Assembly: GCA_034780895.1 (NCBI GenBank)
Contig: JAUZTB010000098.1
Span: 105,066,122-105,130,121, forward strand
DNA from: Rhynchobatus australiae
Taxonomy: Eukaryota
Reading direction: 5' to 3'
DNA length: 64,000 nt
Every line of letters begins with the position of its first letter. The stretch's first letter is position 1. Under the pieces are notes generated by a model. That model worked only from the letters and a program-made list of their open reading frames with translations. It had not been told where the DNA came from and ran no database searches. Positions 25,066 to 38,600 of this stretch are shown here, piece after piece. Made by a program: the position numbers and the translations under genes.

Positions 25066-27383
25066 TGGCCTAAGATTGTCTCAGCCTCCAAATGGTATGC
25101 TTTAAATATTGAAGTTGCACTGATTCTTGATAGGAATGCATTTCATGACATTCTTGATAACACGTCATTAAATAATAAGATAATAATTGCAAGTTGCCAT
25201 TTTGTTACATTACCTGAAACAAAGGAATACAGTGACAGGATATGCTGGCGGCATTATTCAAACATAGAAAGTAGGTAATTTTTCACAATTTAACTGAAAA
25301 ATTCCATAGCTAATAACTAATGAATATTGACGGTTTAACGAAACCCTTTACTAGATTAGCACAGTCGCACAAGGTTACAAATACACAGCCAAGCATGCAA
25401 TAAGCAAAACCACAGTACTGGTATCCACCACAATTTAACGCAATAATATTTGTCACAAGCATCATGTTTATACATTGTTTAGCCGAACTAGTCATCAGAG
25501 GCCATCGTTACTGAGCGCAAAGCTGTACAAGACAAAATTAACCTCAGATTTCCCGCAAGAAACGATCAGAGCAAGTATAATCTTCATGTGAAATTTACTT
25601 CAAAATGTACACAATCGCGCACTAATTTTAGTTTAATATGCTCCGAATTGATGTTAAATTTTGGCCAATTTTACATTACTTCGCACCCACTTGTTAATTA
25701 TTCGTCTATGTTAAAAAGCCAAAATGGCCAATAGATATCAACAAATAAGAGAAATAATCTGCAGAAGTAGATTAATGTAATTTCTGCGCTAACTGTTAAA
25801 ATTAAGCAGTGCGAGAAAAATAATCGAATATACGTTGGAAACATATGCACCAAATGTTTCAAAATGCTTGGTCATAATTTAAAAATGCACAATTAATTGA
25901 AAAGACGCTACCCCGCTAAAACAATGCGGGAAATTAGGAAATCTAGCCGAGTTACATGATTCGGTTGAAGTTTAAACATTCGATCAATATTTAAGAAACA
26001 TATAAAACTGTGATAATTTGACTGTTACATTTCAATGAACTCGTGGCTATTTCTAAAGAAGAAATATATCTTTATTCTTTCGTTTTAAAAAAAATAAATA
26101 ATAAATGNNNNNNNNNNNNNNNNNNNNNNNNNNNNNNNNNNNNNNNNNNNNNNNNNNNNNNNNNNNNNNNNNNNNNNNNNNNNNNNNNNNNNNNNNNNNN
26201 NNNNNNNTGAAGTACTGATTAAAAAAAATAAATAATAAATGGGAAACGGACGAGACCAGAGAATAGATAAGCTACGGAAATGCTCTGAATCCTAAATACT
26301 AAATCAAACATCAGCGGTTGAGCACATTTAAGACCTATGAACGTTTTGAAGAATACATGTGGTCATTTCGCCAGCATATTTCTAAAAATTGCATTATATT
26401 CTGGTTGTTGGAAAAAAAAATCAATACTTTACAATTTACACATTTATTGTTATATTTTTTTGTTTTATAAAAATTTTGTTTGAGTTGATATTTTTGTTTT
26501 GGGATTGCTTAACTTTAAGATTGACATTCTGATGGAGTATATTTCTACTGATGCTAATAATCCTCAACTTCACATGGATACCCAGTGANNNNNNNNNNAA
26601 CATTGCCGATGAAATGTTAAGGTAATATCTCTTGGTGTCCAATAATTAGTTTTATGTTGATAAAAGAAATCATGCAATATCATGCAAAAACGGGAGGAAA
26701 AAAAATAAAAGAACGAATACCAGAAATTCAATTCCAAAAATAAACCTTTCCTTCCCAACCGGCAAATTCCACAAGGTACATTTTGCATTGTTATTATTGT
26801 AAAACATTTTCGTGGTTTATTTAAGACGCAAGTTTNNNNNNNNNNNNNNNNNNNNNNNNNNNNNNNNNNNNNNNNNNNNNNNNNNNNNNNNNNNNNNNNN
26901 NNNNNNNNNNNNNNNNNNNNNNNNNNNNNNNNNNNAAGACGCAAGTTTATTGTATTTTCTAACCTATTTTCAAAAGTCACTTGAAGTCTGCTGTATTTGA
27001 AGTAAATTCCGTGCACTTTCCCTTTCCCTGATGTCTATTTTTTAATGAAATAAGAGCAGTTAAAAAATCATTGCACCCGAATTCAAATCTCACACTAATT
27101 GTAAGGTTAGCTGTTGAATTCCTCGTTGATAATTGTGTGGTAACATTTCTCAGTTGAAGAATCCATGTCGTATCTGCATGGAACCCGATCACCTACCTTT
27201 TGTTAGCAAAACAAAGCTGTTATTTTTGAGCTCTTTTGGACATTCAGTATGTATTGGATTTAATTTGTCAAACAGAGAGGTTCGGTTTTTAATTTGCCTT
27301 CAAAAAGTCACATACCTCTCTTTAAACTCGCACTTTGGAACAGCGACAAAGTGTTTTTCCTTATATTTTTTTGCTGCCCCAAA

Positions 27384-27421
27384 GCGGCTTTGACATTGAT
27401 CTAAATGGCGCCACCATGTGG
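27384..27421 (-). promoter_or_regulatory. Candidate CTCF site with adjacent TCF/LEF-like motif (A10|A11)
   Basis: Minus strand CCACATGGTGGCGCC, adjacent to GCGGCTTTGACATTGATC on +. Confidence 0.55.
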
Positions 27422-30400
27422 ACTGTGTGCCCAATTGGAAGAATTCATTGTCACAGCTCGCTGCTGAAGTTATGCAGAAACATAGAACGAACGCAAAACG
27501 ATATCCAGAGAGGGAGAACAATTAAACTCGAAAATTTTATTTACGCTCGCCGCATTTAGAATTTTAAATCTACTGCGGTAATATTTAAAAAAAACAGATA
27601 GCTACAATTAAAAAAAGGACTTTATGACTCGTCCCGCTGTTTGTAACCACAGCAACAGAGACGATCCCATGTCATTTGCCTTGAATGCCACAGCCCCTTA
27701 ATATGCTACCACACTGGTCTTAACTCCCTCTTCTGTAGGTATAAGATCTAACTCATATCTGTAATTACCGTTAGTATCATTCATTATTAAAACAACCTCA
27801 CACGCAACATTAAACTTCCATGATACGAGAACGTGTCTCGCTAGTATCTCTGCCAATGTGGTTGATCAATCTCTTATAATCTGCTTTGGTCACCCGTCAC
27901 CTCCGGCGGGAGTCTGACCAGAGAATGGAAGTTTCAGGGCTGATTATCCCTTCACCCCCAAGGTTAGAGGTGACGTCCACGGCGCAACAGAAGTTCAAAG
28001 CCAGGAAACAAGCAGGAAAACAGAATGAAAACCAGCATTAAAGATATTGCAATGCAACTGAAATGTATTGCAATCTCTTCTGATGTACGTCCCTATGTAT
28101 CGAAACAAACGTAGTCGAATATCTGCCAAACCGAGAGCAAGGATTCGCAAAATTTCCCCAATGAGAGTTTTGGTTTTGTTCGCAGCATAAAGTTTAAGCC
28201 AATATAATTTTTGACATTTTGTCTAATTTTGTTAATACGAGCATGCGATTTTCAACGTGACAGGACTATAACTCGTGTTAAGGGCAAGCTAACTGAAATT
28301 GCATTGTCCGAAATTTGATCTGATTGTCTTAGTTTCCAGAAAATCAACTAAAGAAAAACGTACCAATGTATGTAGACAGATGTGGAATGTTCTCCAGCTT
28401 TAATGGTTGTTTATTACGTACATGAAACGAACAATAATACAATACTTTGCAGGTGTTTTAGTTTCGGCTTGAATACCCAACAAAGTTCGCCCTCGAGAAA
28501 AAGCACCTTAATTACTTTTTCTACATTAAATCCAATTGTGCGCTCTCTGAACGTGGACATGCAATTTTACCCCACTTTAGTCAACTTGATAAATATAAAT
28601 TATATACAAATGTTAAGCAAATGTCGATATCACATTTAATTAAACAGCATCTGATTAAGACATTGCTCTTAAAAGAATTGGTGTTCTTTTTCGAAACCTA
28701 AATGCTTAATGTAAAAAAAAACACCACTAGTGTGATGCATATTCCAGCCTTTTAATACATTTCAGTGTTTTGCAAAATAAAATAGAATTTACCAAAAATA
28801 AAGATAACGGCGAGCAGTCAACCGCTATCATCTGTCATTTTATGAGAATGAATAATAAAATAAGCTATTCTGGTGATGTTAATGACAAAGGCCACAACGA
28901 AACATTTAAATTAAATTGATAAAATAAGCAGAAGTGATTTGGGGCTGGTATATGTTGTCAGGTAACGTGTGGGCGATTTTTGTACAATACGGCCTATAGG
29001 TATATCGGCCTATAAAAAGCTTATATGGTGAATGTACAGGAAATGTTACCATTGTGCAATAAAACACTTATGTGTTTAATGAAAATACTTTTCTGTCTTT
29101 GGTTCACACGGATAAAGATGGCTTCAATATTGTAAATACTGCAGACTTGTCATCTTTTGGAGGAATCCGTGAAAAGATTAGATGCATGAGCAGCAGCTTT
29201 TAAACCCAATTCCTATACACATTCATATTGTACCAAAAGAGCGACATATTTACAATACTTTGTGCTCAAGTATGCCATCACGGGTAGCATCTCTTCCCTT
29301 TGAAAAGTTAAAAGTAAAAACTGCATCTGAAAATTACGAAGCACAATGTATCAAGTACAAATAAACACACACGGATTGCTTCAGCGAGCATAAAATAGCC
29401 GGTTTTCAAATATCTTATTATTCCAAGCTATGTATTAAATGGTAAGGTGTTTATATATCGAGGCCAACAGCTAAAATATACAGATTTTTACATGTTAAAC
29501 TGAATTTAACCACACTTGCTTATTTTAATGACTAATATAAATTCGACACTCATTAGAAACGGTGTTTCTTTTTGCTATGAATTTCAAATTGGATATTTGC
29601 ATGCATGTTCTCGTTTGGGATAATTATGGGGGTGGGGGATGGGAGCACTGACTGTTATTTATGGAAATAAACGTGGATCTATTGTAGAGATTCGAAGTTG
29701 TCATCTGCCTTTCATATAGACAAGTTTTAGTCGGCTAAGCAGCGATAAACAGGCATTATTTGTAGAATTGCTGCGCTAAGTTCCCTCCTTTCGAAGGCTC
29801 AGTTGCAAAAGAATGAGGCTGCTTGCTACTCTTTGTAACCGAAGATAACAAACATATATCCAATTGTGACTGGCAGTGAGAGCCACTGTAATGTTCCTAA
29901 TCTAAAGCATGCGCATCTTATCACCTTATTTTTAAAAATATTTTTATATTGCAGCTGGTCCACAACCGTCAACTCTTTCTCCCAGTGCTTCAGTACACGT
30001 GTCCGTTTATGTATAGAAGCTGCCTTCTTCCTTGAATTAAAAAATCAGTTTTGCTTAACTAAGTCCAAACGTTCACCTTGACATCTCAAAGTTAATCGCT
30101 AGAGACACTCTCTGTATGAATTACATAGACGACGTATATGAGTTTATAAGTNNNNNNNNNNNNNNNNNNNNNNNNNNNNNNNNNNNNNNNNNNNNNNNNN
30201 NNNNNNNNNNNNNNNNNNNNNNNNNNNNNNNNNNNNNNNNNNNNNNNNNNNNNNNNNNNNNNNNNNNNNNNNNNNNNNNNNNNNATTCCAGTTACTTTTT
30301 AAAGTTGAAACTAGACGTCCTAATTAGTTGTGGAAAGTTGTCTGGCCCGTCAGAGCTGTACTAAAGTGTCTGCTCACAAACTCGAACTTGAGTTTTTTTT

Positions 30401-30479
30401 TACCTCTGCATTCTGGCCTGGCCGATTTCATCGTAGAAGTTAGGAAGGTGGAATGCCTCTTTGTAAACTCAGTCTAATC

Positions 30480-30712
30480 TCAGAGCAATGGATTCGTAGT
30501 GTAATATTGAAGGCGGTCCCTGTTTAACTTCTTTTCCTTCATCCTCCTGTTCTGAAACCAAATTTTAACTTGCCGGTCGGTTAAGTTGAGCATCCGGGAA
30601 AGTTGTAGGCGCTTCTCCTTGTTGATGTAGACACTGAAAAAAAATTCTCTCTCCAGCTCCCTGATCTGGTACTTGGTATAGGGGCATCTTTTTTTACGTG
30701 TACGCTGGCCAC
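30480..30712 (-). CDS. HOXA11: HoxA11 exon 2 (homeodomain)
   Basis: The acceptor ttacag|GT is followed by [76 protein letters not shown]. This exon is missed by the ORF track. Confidence 0.97.
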
Positions 30713-31649
30713 CTGTAACAGGTAAACAGTGCGTTAAAACATTGATAGCTGTAAATAAGTGTAGCCAGTATTTCTTCTGAACTCTGCCGTGAACAGGAAA
30801 AGCTGTATGTAGTTCCTACTTTTTATACGACTATATTTTCCACCAATGCTTAAGATTCAGAAAAGTTCGCCAAAGCATTAAAGCGCTTTTTCACATGTGA
30901 ATGGGCTTTGGAACAAAAGATGGCTGTCTCGATTATCAGAATGGTTGTGGAACTTCTTAAGTTGAAGTTGTGTAATACTCCCTTTCCAAAGAGATACTTG
31001 AAATTACAAAAGGGCTCTCTGTACCCAGGGACTAGCTACACTCTTTGTATATAAATAATTTTGAAAGGTGAAACGCTCGAATATGAGAGCATTAAAGACA
31101 AAATAAGCGCAATGCAAGACATTTTATATTATCCAGCATATTAAATCTACCTATCACTATACAGATGCTGGGAAACTGGAATTAGTTTCNNNNNNNNNNN
31201 NNNNNNNNNNNNNNNNNNNNNNNNNNNNNNNNNNNNNNNNNNNNNNNNNNNNNNNNNNNNNNNNNNNNNNNNNNNNNNNNNNNNNNNNNNNNNNNNNNNN
31301 NNNNNNNNNNNNNNNNNNNNNNNNNNNNNNNNNNNNNNNNNNNNNNNNNNNNNNNNNNNNNNNNNNNNNNNNNNNTACGTAAGGTAGTGCACTCTTTATG
31401 TTGCTGTTAAAAACGTCATTTTGCCCTGTTATGTTTTAAAGCGGTTACTTATGGAACTGAATACAACCTATAAATAGAGTTTTTGTGTCAACACGTGTTT
31501 TATAGAATTTGTGAGCTGTATTAATACACGCATGGATCACAGCGGCCAAAATACTATTTTTTTTATGAATGCACACCTAATAATTTAAATGATCAGATTT
31601 TTAATCCAAGATTCACTTTTTGAGGTGCTACTTGAGGTATTTTAATGCA

Positions 31650-31800
31650 GGGATTGGCTGGTGTTATTTCACGGCCAATTTCAGAGCGGAACACGTGATC
31701 CTGTCATTTATATAAAAAAAAGTTTTGTTGGGAAATCTACAGGCCATCCATAAACCCCCTTATATGCTTATAAAACAGCACATAAAAATTTTAACAGCAG
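31650..31800. promoter_or_regulatory. HoxA11 intron 5' regulatory element (CCAAT x2, E-box, TATA-like, clustered TTTAT Abd-B/Cdx sites)
   Basis: ATTGG at 31653, CCAAT at 31675, CACGTG at 31692, TATATAAAA at 31709, and a CATAAA/TTATAAAA/CATAAAAA cluster at 31749-31790. Confidence 0.5.
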
Positions 31801-31851
31801 CGCGCGAGATCGCAAAACTTTCCTTCATAAGTAGGCACTGATTCTACCTAC

Positions 31852-32461
31852 TAGAGTTGCTGCTTTTTTCCTCATTGTTGCCGGAAGAAGATTCCGGGCT
31901 GCTGCTCCCGGGACTCGTCTCCTTCTCCACCGACACCCTGGAAGTCTCCGAACTTGAAGTTGCCGCAGACGGCACTTTACCTGGGCTCTTCTCCCCGCAA
32001 TACTCCGACTGCTGATTCTCACTAGAACCGTAGGCAGTCTCGAAGAACTGATCAAATCCTTGCGGCAGAACACCGTTCCTACCCACCGGGTTGTAGAAAC
32101 TGGAAGACGCGTTGGAACTAGGGTGGTAAACGCTGGCGCTATTTTTCATTAACATCTCGCCCATGGTGCTGGCAGGCAGACATTCTCTGTGCATCAGCTC
32201 CTCTGCGGAATAGCAATGGGGGAGATTGCTTCTGTGATGCCACTTATTGGAAGGATCGATGGCATAGTCTCTGAAGGTAACTTCTCGCACAGGTTGAACC
32301 TGGGGGATATTAGACGAGTAAGAGTATGTCATGGGACGAGAAGCCGGTGTTTGGGGTAAAAAAGAAGGCAGACTGGAGAAATCCGGACCCGAGACATAAT
32401 AGGTACAGCTAGGCAAATAAAGATTAGAGCCACAAGAAACCCGCTCATCAAAATCCATCAT
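31852..32461 (-). CDS. HOXA11: HoxA11 exon 1
   Basis: [39 protein letters not shown]...[16 protein letters not shown]...[19 protein letters not shown]. Donor A|GTAGGT is phase 1. Spliced CDS is 843 nt = 280 aa. Confidence 0.96.
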
Positions 32462-32508
32462 CGCTTTCTTGGGGTCCCCTAGCGCAAGAATAGCTTGCAT
32501 TCGCACAG

Positions 32509-32690
32509 CTAAACATGGTCCTTAGATGCTGCTGCCTCTTTGAAGCTGATCCGCGGAGTAAAAATTTGGAAACGTAAGCTGACGTGGAAATGTATCTCCA
32601 TACATCGCAGGGACAAGCCAGTCATGTGACCAGATGCCTGGAGAAATTGACATGCATCACTTTGGATTCCCCCCTCGCACCAGGAGCGCA
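32509..32690 (-). promoter_or_regulatory. HoxA11 conserved promoter/5' leader
   Basis: Contains GTCACATGAC, TTTCCACGTCAGCTTACGT and TTCAAAGAGGCAGC, which I recognise from memory as motifs of the vertebrate HOXA11 5' region. Confidence 0.6.
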
Positions 32691-35600
32691 AAGCTCTTTA
32701 CAACTGAGCCCTGCACATTTCTAACCGGGGAGAGGAAAGCTCGAATAATACTGTGAAGGTGTTCAAGCTTCACACCAGAGACGCGTTTGGCACATTTACT
32801 TCATGTCTCTCCAACAAGCTGACTTGAACCAAGAGCAGACATGGAAGTAACTTATAACGATTTCCGCAGCAAAAAATATATCAAACACTGCTTATTTTTT
32901 TTTAAAAGAGCGATTTTCGAATTATCACACATACACATTGCTACTGAAGGAAAAAAAAACAGGGAACATTCTGCATTTTATTGGAAAATAATCCCCTTAT
33001 CTTTCCTCTTGTCACTTTAATGAAAGGCAACGTGCAGCATATTTATTTCGGCAACACAACATTTGTGAATGGATGGATAAGTAATAACCAAAACTATGTC
33101 AGAATCTTACCGCAAATATGGTGAGAACATATTTTTCAATAAATAAATCAAAATTTATCCGCCAATATCCCCTCTATTTTCAACCCCAAATATCCTTCCT
33201 CCCCCCCCTCCTCCGGTCCCACCTCCCCCTTCCACAAAAAAAATAAAACACGGGAGCATACAATCATTTGTAGACCCCCACAAAGATTTAGGGAGGATAA
33301 GTTAGACTGACGACAAGTTCGAAATGGATGTGAGCTTGTTTGTGTCTTTGTGACTGTATCCAAATCGATATTAGGTTATTTTTCCCCATAAAAATTGNNN
33401 NNNNNNNNNNNNNNNNNNNNNNNNNNTGAAAATTGTTATGGTGCTTCTGATTTGAGGACAAATGGGACATGGTCACGTTCAACACCACATACAAAACCGG
33501 CGCCCTCTCAGCACAGTTATATAAATCCTGTATCCATTTAGCTGGATTTCAAGAAATATTACCGAAAGCAATCTAAGATTCAGCCAATCTTCACATTTCA
33601 GGCGGAGTGCTTCTGAACATGTTGTTCACGACGGAACACTTGCAATTATTTGTAAAAAAAAGTTTAGGACGAAACAAGGCGTGAACAAAGCGGAATAAAA
33701 ATCTGTTTGACATTGGCCGTGGGCACATTGTTCTATATTTCTATAAAATCTCAACAAAGTCACATGAATAAGAAGCAGAGTTATATTTAATGTGTTTCAG
33801 ATTAAATAAACAATGGTCTTAGTTTGGCGAGGGAAAGATTAATTAAAGAACCTCCAATAAAGTGCATTTTATTTAGATATATGACCACTGTCTAACAAAC
33901 TGTATGGTTTAAATGCACACTAAGAGTTTGAAAGCCATGCAGTGAATCCTGGTGCTGTTGAATAGAATGGTACCATAGATAAGATTTGAAGTTAAACTTT
34001 GCTTTAAGAATTTGTCACATATTAGCTTATTGCTGTTCCAAAAACAATCGCGCAGTGCCAAAACAAACAGGTTTCCTGGGGATAAGGACCTTTGCCATAA
34101 ACATTTGCCAGAAAGACCTAACTCTAAATTAAGCTCCGTGCACAGTATCTTTACGAGCAACCGTGTTAGTTGCAAGTTAATAATTTAATCTTTTTTTCTG
34201 ATTGTTTCGTTACGATAAGTGCACAACACTGCTATGAAAAGTCTGCAAAATACTCGAAATGCGGATTTTACTTATTTTTCTGGCCCGCGCAACCGACTAA
34301 ACCACTAGCTATAAAAATAAGACTATCTTATAAAAGAGTAATGCTAGATTCCGAAAACATCGAGAATATTAATAGGATTTTCGAAGCCATAATTTGTAAC
34401 AAGGCTNNNNNNNNNNNNNNNNNNNNNNNNNNNNNNNNNNNNNNNNNNNNNNNNNNNNNNNNNNNNNNNNNNACACTCTGGTACACAACTACATTTTTAT
34501 TTAACTTATGTACATTTAAAAATATATACGCACGGAATAGAATGAAAAAGTGAAGCTATCCTGTGATATTTGACAGCTTGAAATTAAGATCCAAATTAAT
34601 TCATATTCAGTTGTTTAAAAACGATTTGCGATGGGATAGATTTAGTAACTGTGGTCAAAGCTGCAGATATAAAATGTGAAAGTTCGTGATTTTTAGAAAA
34701 TGAAAGGAAGTCCAGTGGNNNNNNNNNNGAAAATGACACGATCTGTCCCGATACCAACAGTCAAATTCTGACACTGTGCTTTTCATAAAATAACTAAATA
34801 TAATCCGCCTACGAGAACCGAGAGCGGTTTAGCCTGACCTGTGGTTTTAATAGCAGTTTTGACAACCAGCTTTACCAGACGCCCGCATAGACATTGTAGC
34901 TGACCAGGGGTTAGCTAAAGACGCCACCTACATGGAATCCCTGACATTCCCAGCTAACGTGAGCAATCAGGCGTTCCCAAAAGCGACAAGGACGCGGTCT
35001 TTGTCTGATAAAAATCGGACTGAATTTTGAAAGAGTGAGCTTTTTAGCTGGACGTTGTGCGATTTTACTACCAGTGGATCAAAATCTAATCTCTTGTCCC
35101 TTTTCTTTCCTACGAAAGGACTGGGTTTTGCGTGCATGATTGTTGTATGCTTTAACGCCATATGCCTATAATTTTGTAAAAATAACAACAAAACAAAGTT
35201 ACAGCTATTTAATAATCCTCCAAACTAAAAAGGGAAAGCTGCGATTGAGTTTCCGTTTAAATAAAGCTGAAAATGAGCTAAAATGCAGTCACTATCTTAA
35301 TCGCTGCGCCATTTTCCAGCCATCTGTATTTCTCAGTTATCATACTTCCTCTGCAGTAAGTATAGTCCTTTTTTTAACAGTTGTTGTTTTAGTTATAGAT
35401 TCAGGATGAAATTGAATTATTTTTTAAATTTTTTATTGATCTCTCAGCTTTCAAGAACACAGCCAGGCAATGTTAAAGAGATAGTTCCAAGAAAAATATA
35501 CCTACCTTGTTGATCTTTTATTAGACGCAAACTGCGGCCATTTGGTTGATATTTGATGGGAATGAAATCTAATGTAAATGCCGAAGTTTAAGGAGATCAG

Positions 35601-38600
35601 TGAATTATTGCGGCGCAGGCTATTTTTCTGCAGGAGTCCAACTCCGTGGGAGAGCTGAGACCCGGATGAAGTTGAATTTCTTCACACTGAGGTGTACTTC
35701 GAAGCTTTGTTGAAGATATTGTTAGAAACGAAATGGGATCAAAACTTTCCGTTTCAAAGTTTGTTATCAAAAGGTAGTCCCAATATAAGATAGGGGGTCA
35801 GGCGAAGTTTTCATCTGAGTTTTGCGAGGGCTTTGCAAGAGCGGGCAACCTACTTAACATTGAACTTCAACTTTGAAAAACGTTGTACAAGCGAAATGAA
35901 TATACTTCTCAAAAAACAAGAGTAATATCACGCGAAGTTATTTTTTTCAGTACGAAAGCATCTTAAATCTACTGGTCGTCTCGAAAAATAGATAAATACT
36001 TGGATCATGGCCTGCCGCCACTTGTAAAGTAAATGGTGTCATTAATTGACTCTGACTGGAAGAGTAAATGAAAATACATTTTGTTGTGTTTGGATTCATT
36101 CATTTTCAAGTCTCACTATCCACGTGGAAAAGCTGAAAACTATATTTTCAGCAAGGGCACTTATACTATCACNNNNNNNNNNNNNNNNNNNNNNNNNNNN
36201 NNNNNNNNNNNNNNNNNNNNNNNNNNNNNNNNNNNNNNNNNNNNNNNNNNNNNNNNNNNNNNNNNNNNNNNNCGTCAACCGAATCACTACGGAATGAAAA
36301 CGGCCAGCCATATTGTTCCTTGCAGGCTTTACAAGGAATTGTGTCGCATTAGTTCTTCATTTCTTCCCACGAATTACATTGGACCGTAATTATAGTTGGC
36401 AAATGAAGCAACATATGTCTTAATTGCGTATAACAGCAGAGCATTTTGCTATATTATGCCCCAAGCTAATCTTTTAACGCGGCGTATTCAAACACTTCTG
36501 CAATATTTCCTTTTGTCCCCCTAGAAGACAAATTAAAAGAACATCTTCTCGCATAAAGGGATAATGGCTATTTCCTGGTGTAATATGAAATTTTAGCCTG
36601 GAATCTTTCAACAACAGTAACCGCGGTCCTCTAACGGAATTTTTCCATTTTAATGTAATACCCACTTTAAGTTATTAGGTCAAAAATAATCTGGTTCTGG
36701 AATTGGTACAATAAACTGCGGAAGATTATAAATCGGAGCAATATCGTTCTTCTGTCTAAGCCAATGGTGTGAAATCAACTCAAATAAAAACAAATCCCTT
36801 CTTGATGATTGGGAGGGTAGGGAGGCCTACAATGTCTTTATTTTATTTTTATCTTTCTTCAACCAAAGATATTCCGAGTCCCAAAATATAAAATGAAAAC
36901 ACTCGGCTTCAGAAGAGTGCACTCCTTTTGAACGAAAATCCATGTTGTTTTTGTTTTGTGTGCTCGGTTGTTTTGTCCCCTTGTTCAGTGGCACTGATAG
37001 TGACAAGACAACGGTAACTGGCCGCCATTTTTATGCCTGATGCCTCCGAAATTTTACACAAAAGTTCAGTTAAATACTAGAAGAAACTCGCAGCTGAATA
37101 GGAGGATGCGTTGCATTGATAAAAACACTCTCTTAAAGCCGCAGAAAAGAACAGGTCGAGAATTAAAAGGGTAAAACTCCCAAGCGGATTGTTGTACTTG
37201 AATTTGAAAACAATGCCAGAGTTCTATCGTTGTTTATATTTTAAATTTTTGTTGACCTGCAATAGGGTTCTTAAATGACCGTCACATACAATGCACATTG
37301 AATATTGTGGCCGGTAATTAAGCAAAAATAATATTTTCAACTTGTTTTTCCAATATACTTTTTGTGCCCCATGAAAGCCAGTGAAGCACGGTCATGTACG
37401 CATATTTAATTTTTTAAAAAGGCAACGAAACCAAAGGGCATTCCGCAATGCAAGTTGCAAATGAACATTTTATATTTTTAATTGTTTGCGAGGAAGTTTG
37501 TCTTATTCTCCGAAATCAACTTCTTATGTTATGTAAGGTTTATGTGTTTCTGTAGCATTTGCCATTCGGAATAATCGCACTTCTGCTTTGGTAAGTATGG
37601 ATGATCTTGATTCCGATTTTAACCTGCATTTTTCCCAATAAAATTCTAAAATTCTATGGCATGTTTTATTGTGACAATTTGTGCATTTTTTTTCAATGAA
37701 TCCCAAAACCTAGATCTCAAAGGTGTCAAGTTGTCCAGTGATGCAAGGGGGAAAAGAACCCTCAGCGGTGATTTTAAAAGTTCACCACGGCAAAATAAAC
37801 GGATCATTAATTAATATTGAGGCTTCTCTTTTGAACAATTGGACCTAACCGTCATAAAATTAGCGCTTTATTTACAAATAAACACTATGCTTCGCTTCCG
37901 AGCATTTTTGAGTCTATGATGTGCGAATTTATTTTGAACTATTAATTCATTATCATTTTTGCAAGCAACGTGTATTTGAGATGCACTGCTGAGTTCACGG
38001 GATAGTTTTAACCATAGCACACACAATTTAAGAAGTTGAAGAGTTACCCTTTAGACACAGTAGTATTTCACCTCTATGTCTAGGACTTCGAGATTCATGA
38101 AGTATAAAGATATGAAGGTTGAGTAAAACCAATTAATAGTTCAGCGGCGAATTTCGGCAGTAATTTTTCCACGAAATTACATACAAAAAAGTGAAGATTA
38201 GTCCTAATCGACTCACTCTTTAAGTACAATATATAAGCCTAGCCGAGCCTTACTCAATAACGAAATATCTACAAGGTATGGCAAATTTCATCTGAACTGT
38301 CGGATTTGAACTTGAAAGCTCCTTACTTTGAACTTGGCTAGTAGTAACAGATCGGAATTTCAGAACTCCTTTGGTTAAAAGGCACACTATTCACCTCCAC
38401 ATGGCGTAAAATCTGGAACTATTCCCTTCATTTTCAGATGAATTCTTCCAGCGCTCTAATCTTCAACATTTCAATAGATAGCCGCCGCCTCAGTATGCAC
38501 AGGTGCGGTGGGTTCGGAGCATTTCCCGTAGCCTCATGTTAATCCAGTGCCCAGTCGCTATACTCAGATAAACACAGAAGCGGCAACTTCCTAATTGCAC

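Noticed and set aside
26085-26241. Direct repeat TTAAAAAAAATAAATAATAAATG on both sides of an N gap (similarly AAGACGCAAGTTT around 26836-26935)
   Set aside because: Most likely overlapping contig ends from scaffolding, not target-site duplications.
34967-35191. ORF with GKKR and QLKSSLFQN, considered as a HoxA12 remnant
   Set aside because: The spacing between the motifs is about half a homeodomain and there is no supporting splice structure, so it is probably chance.
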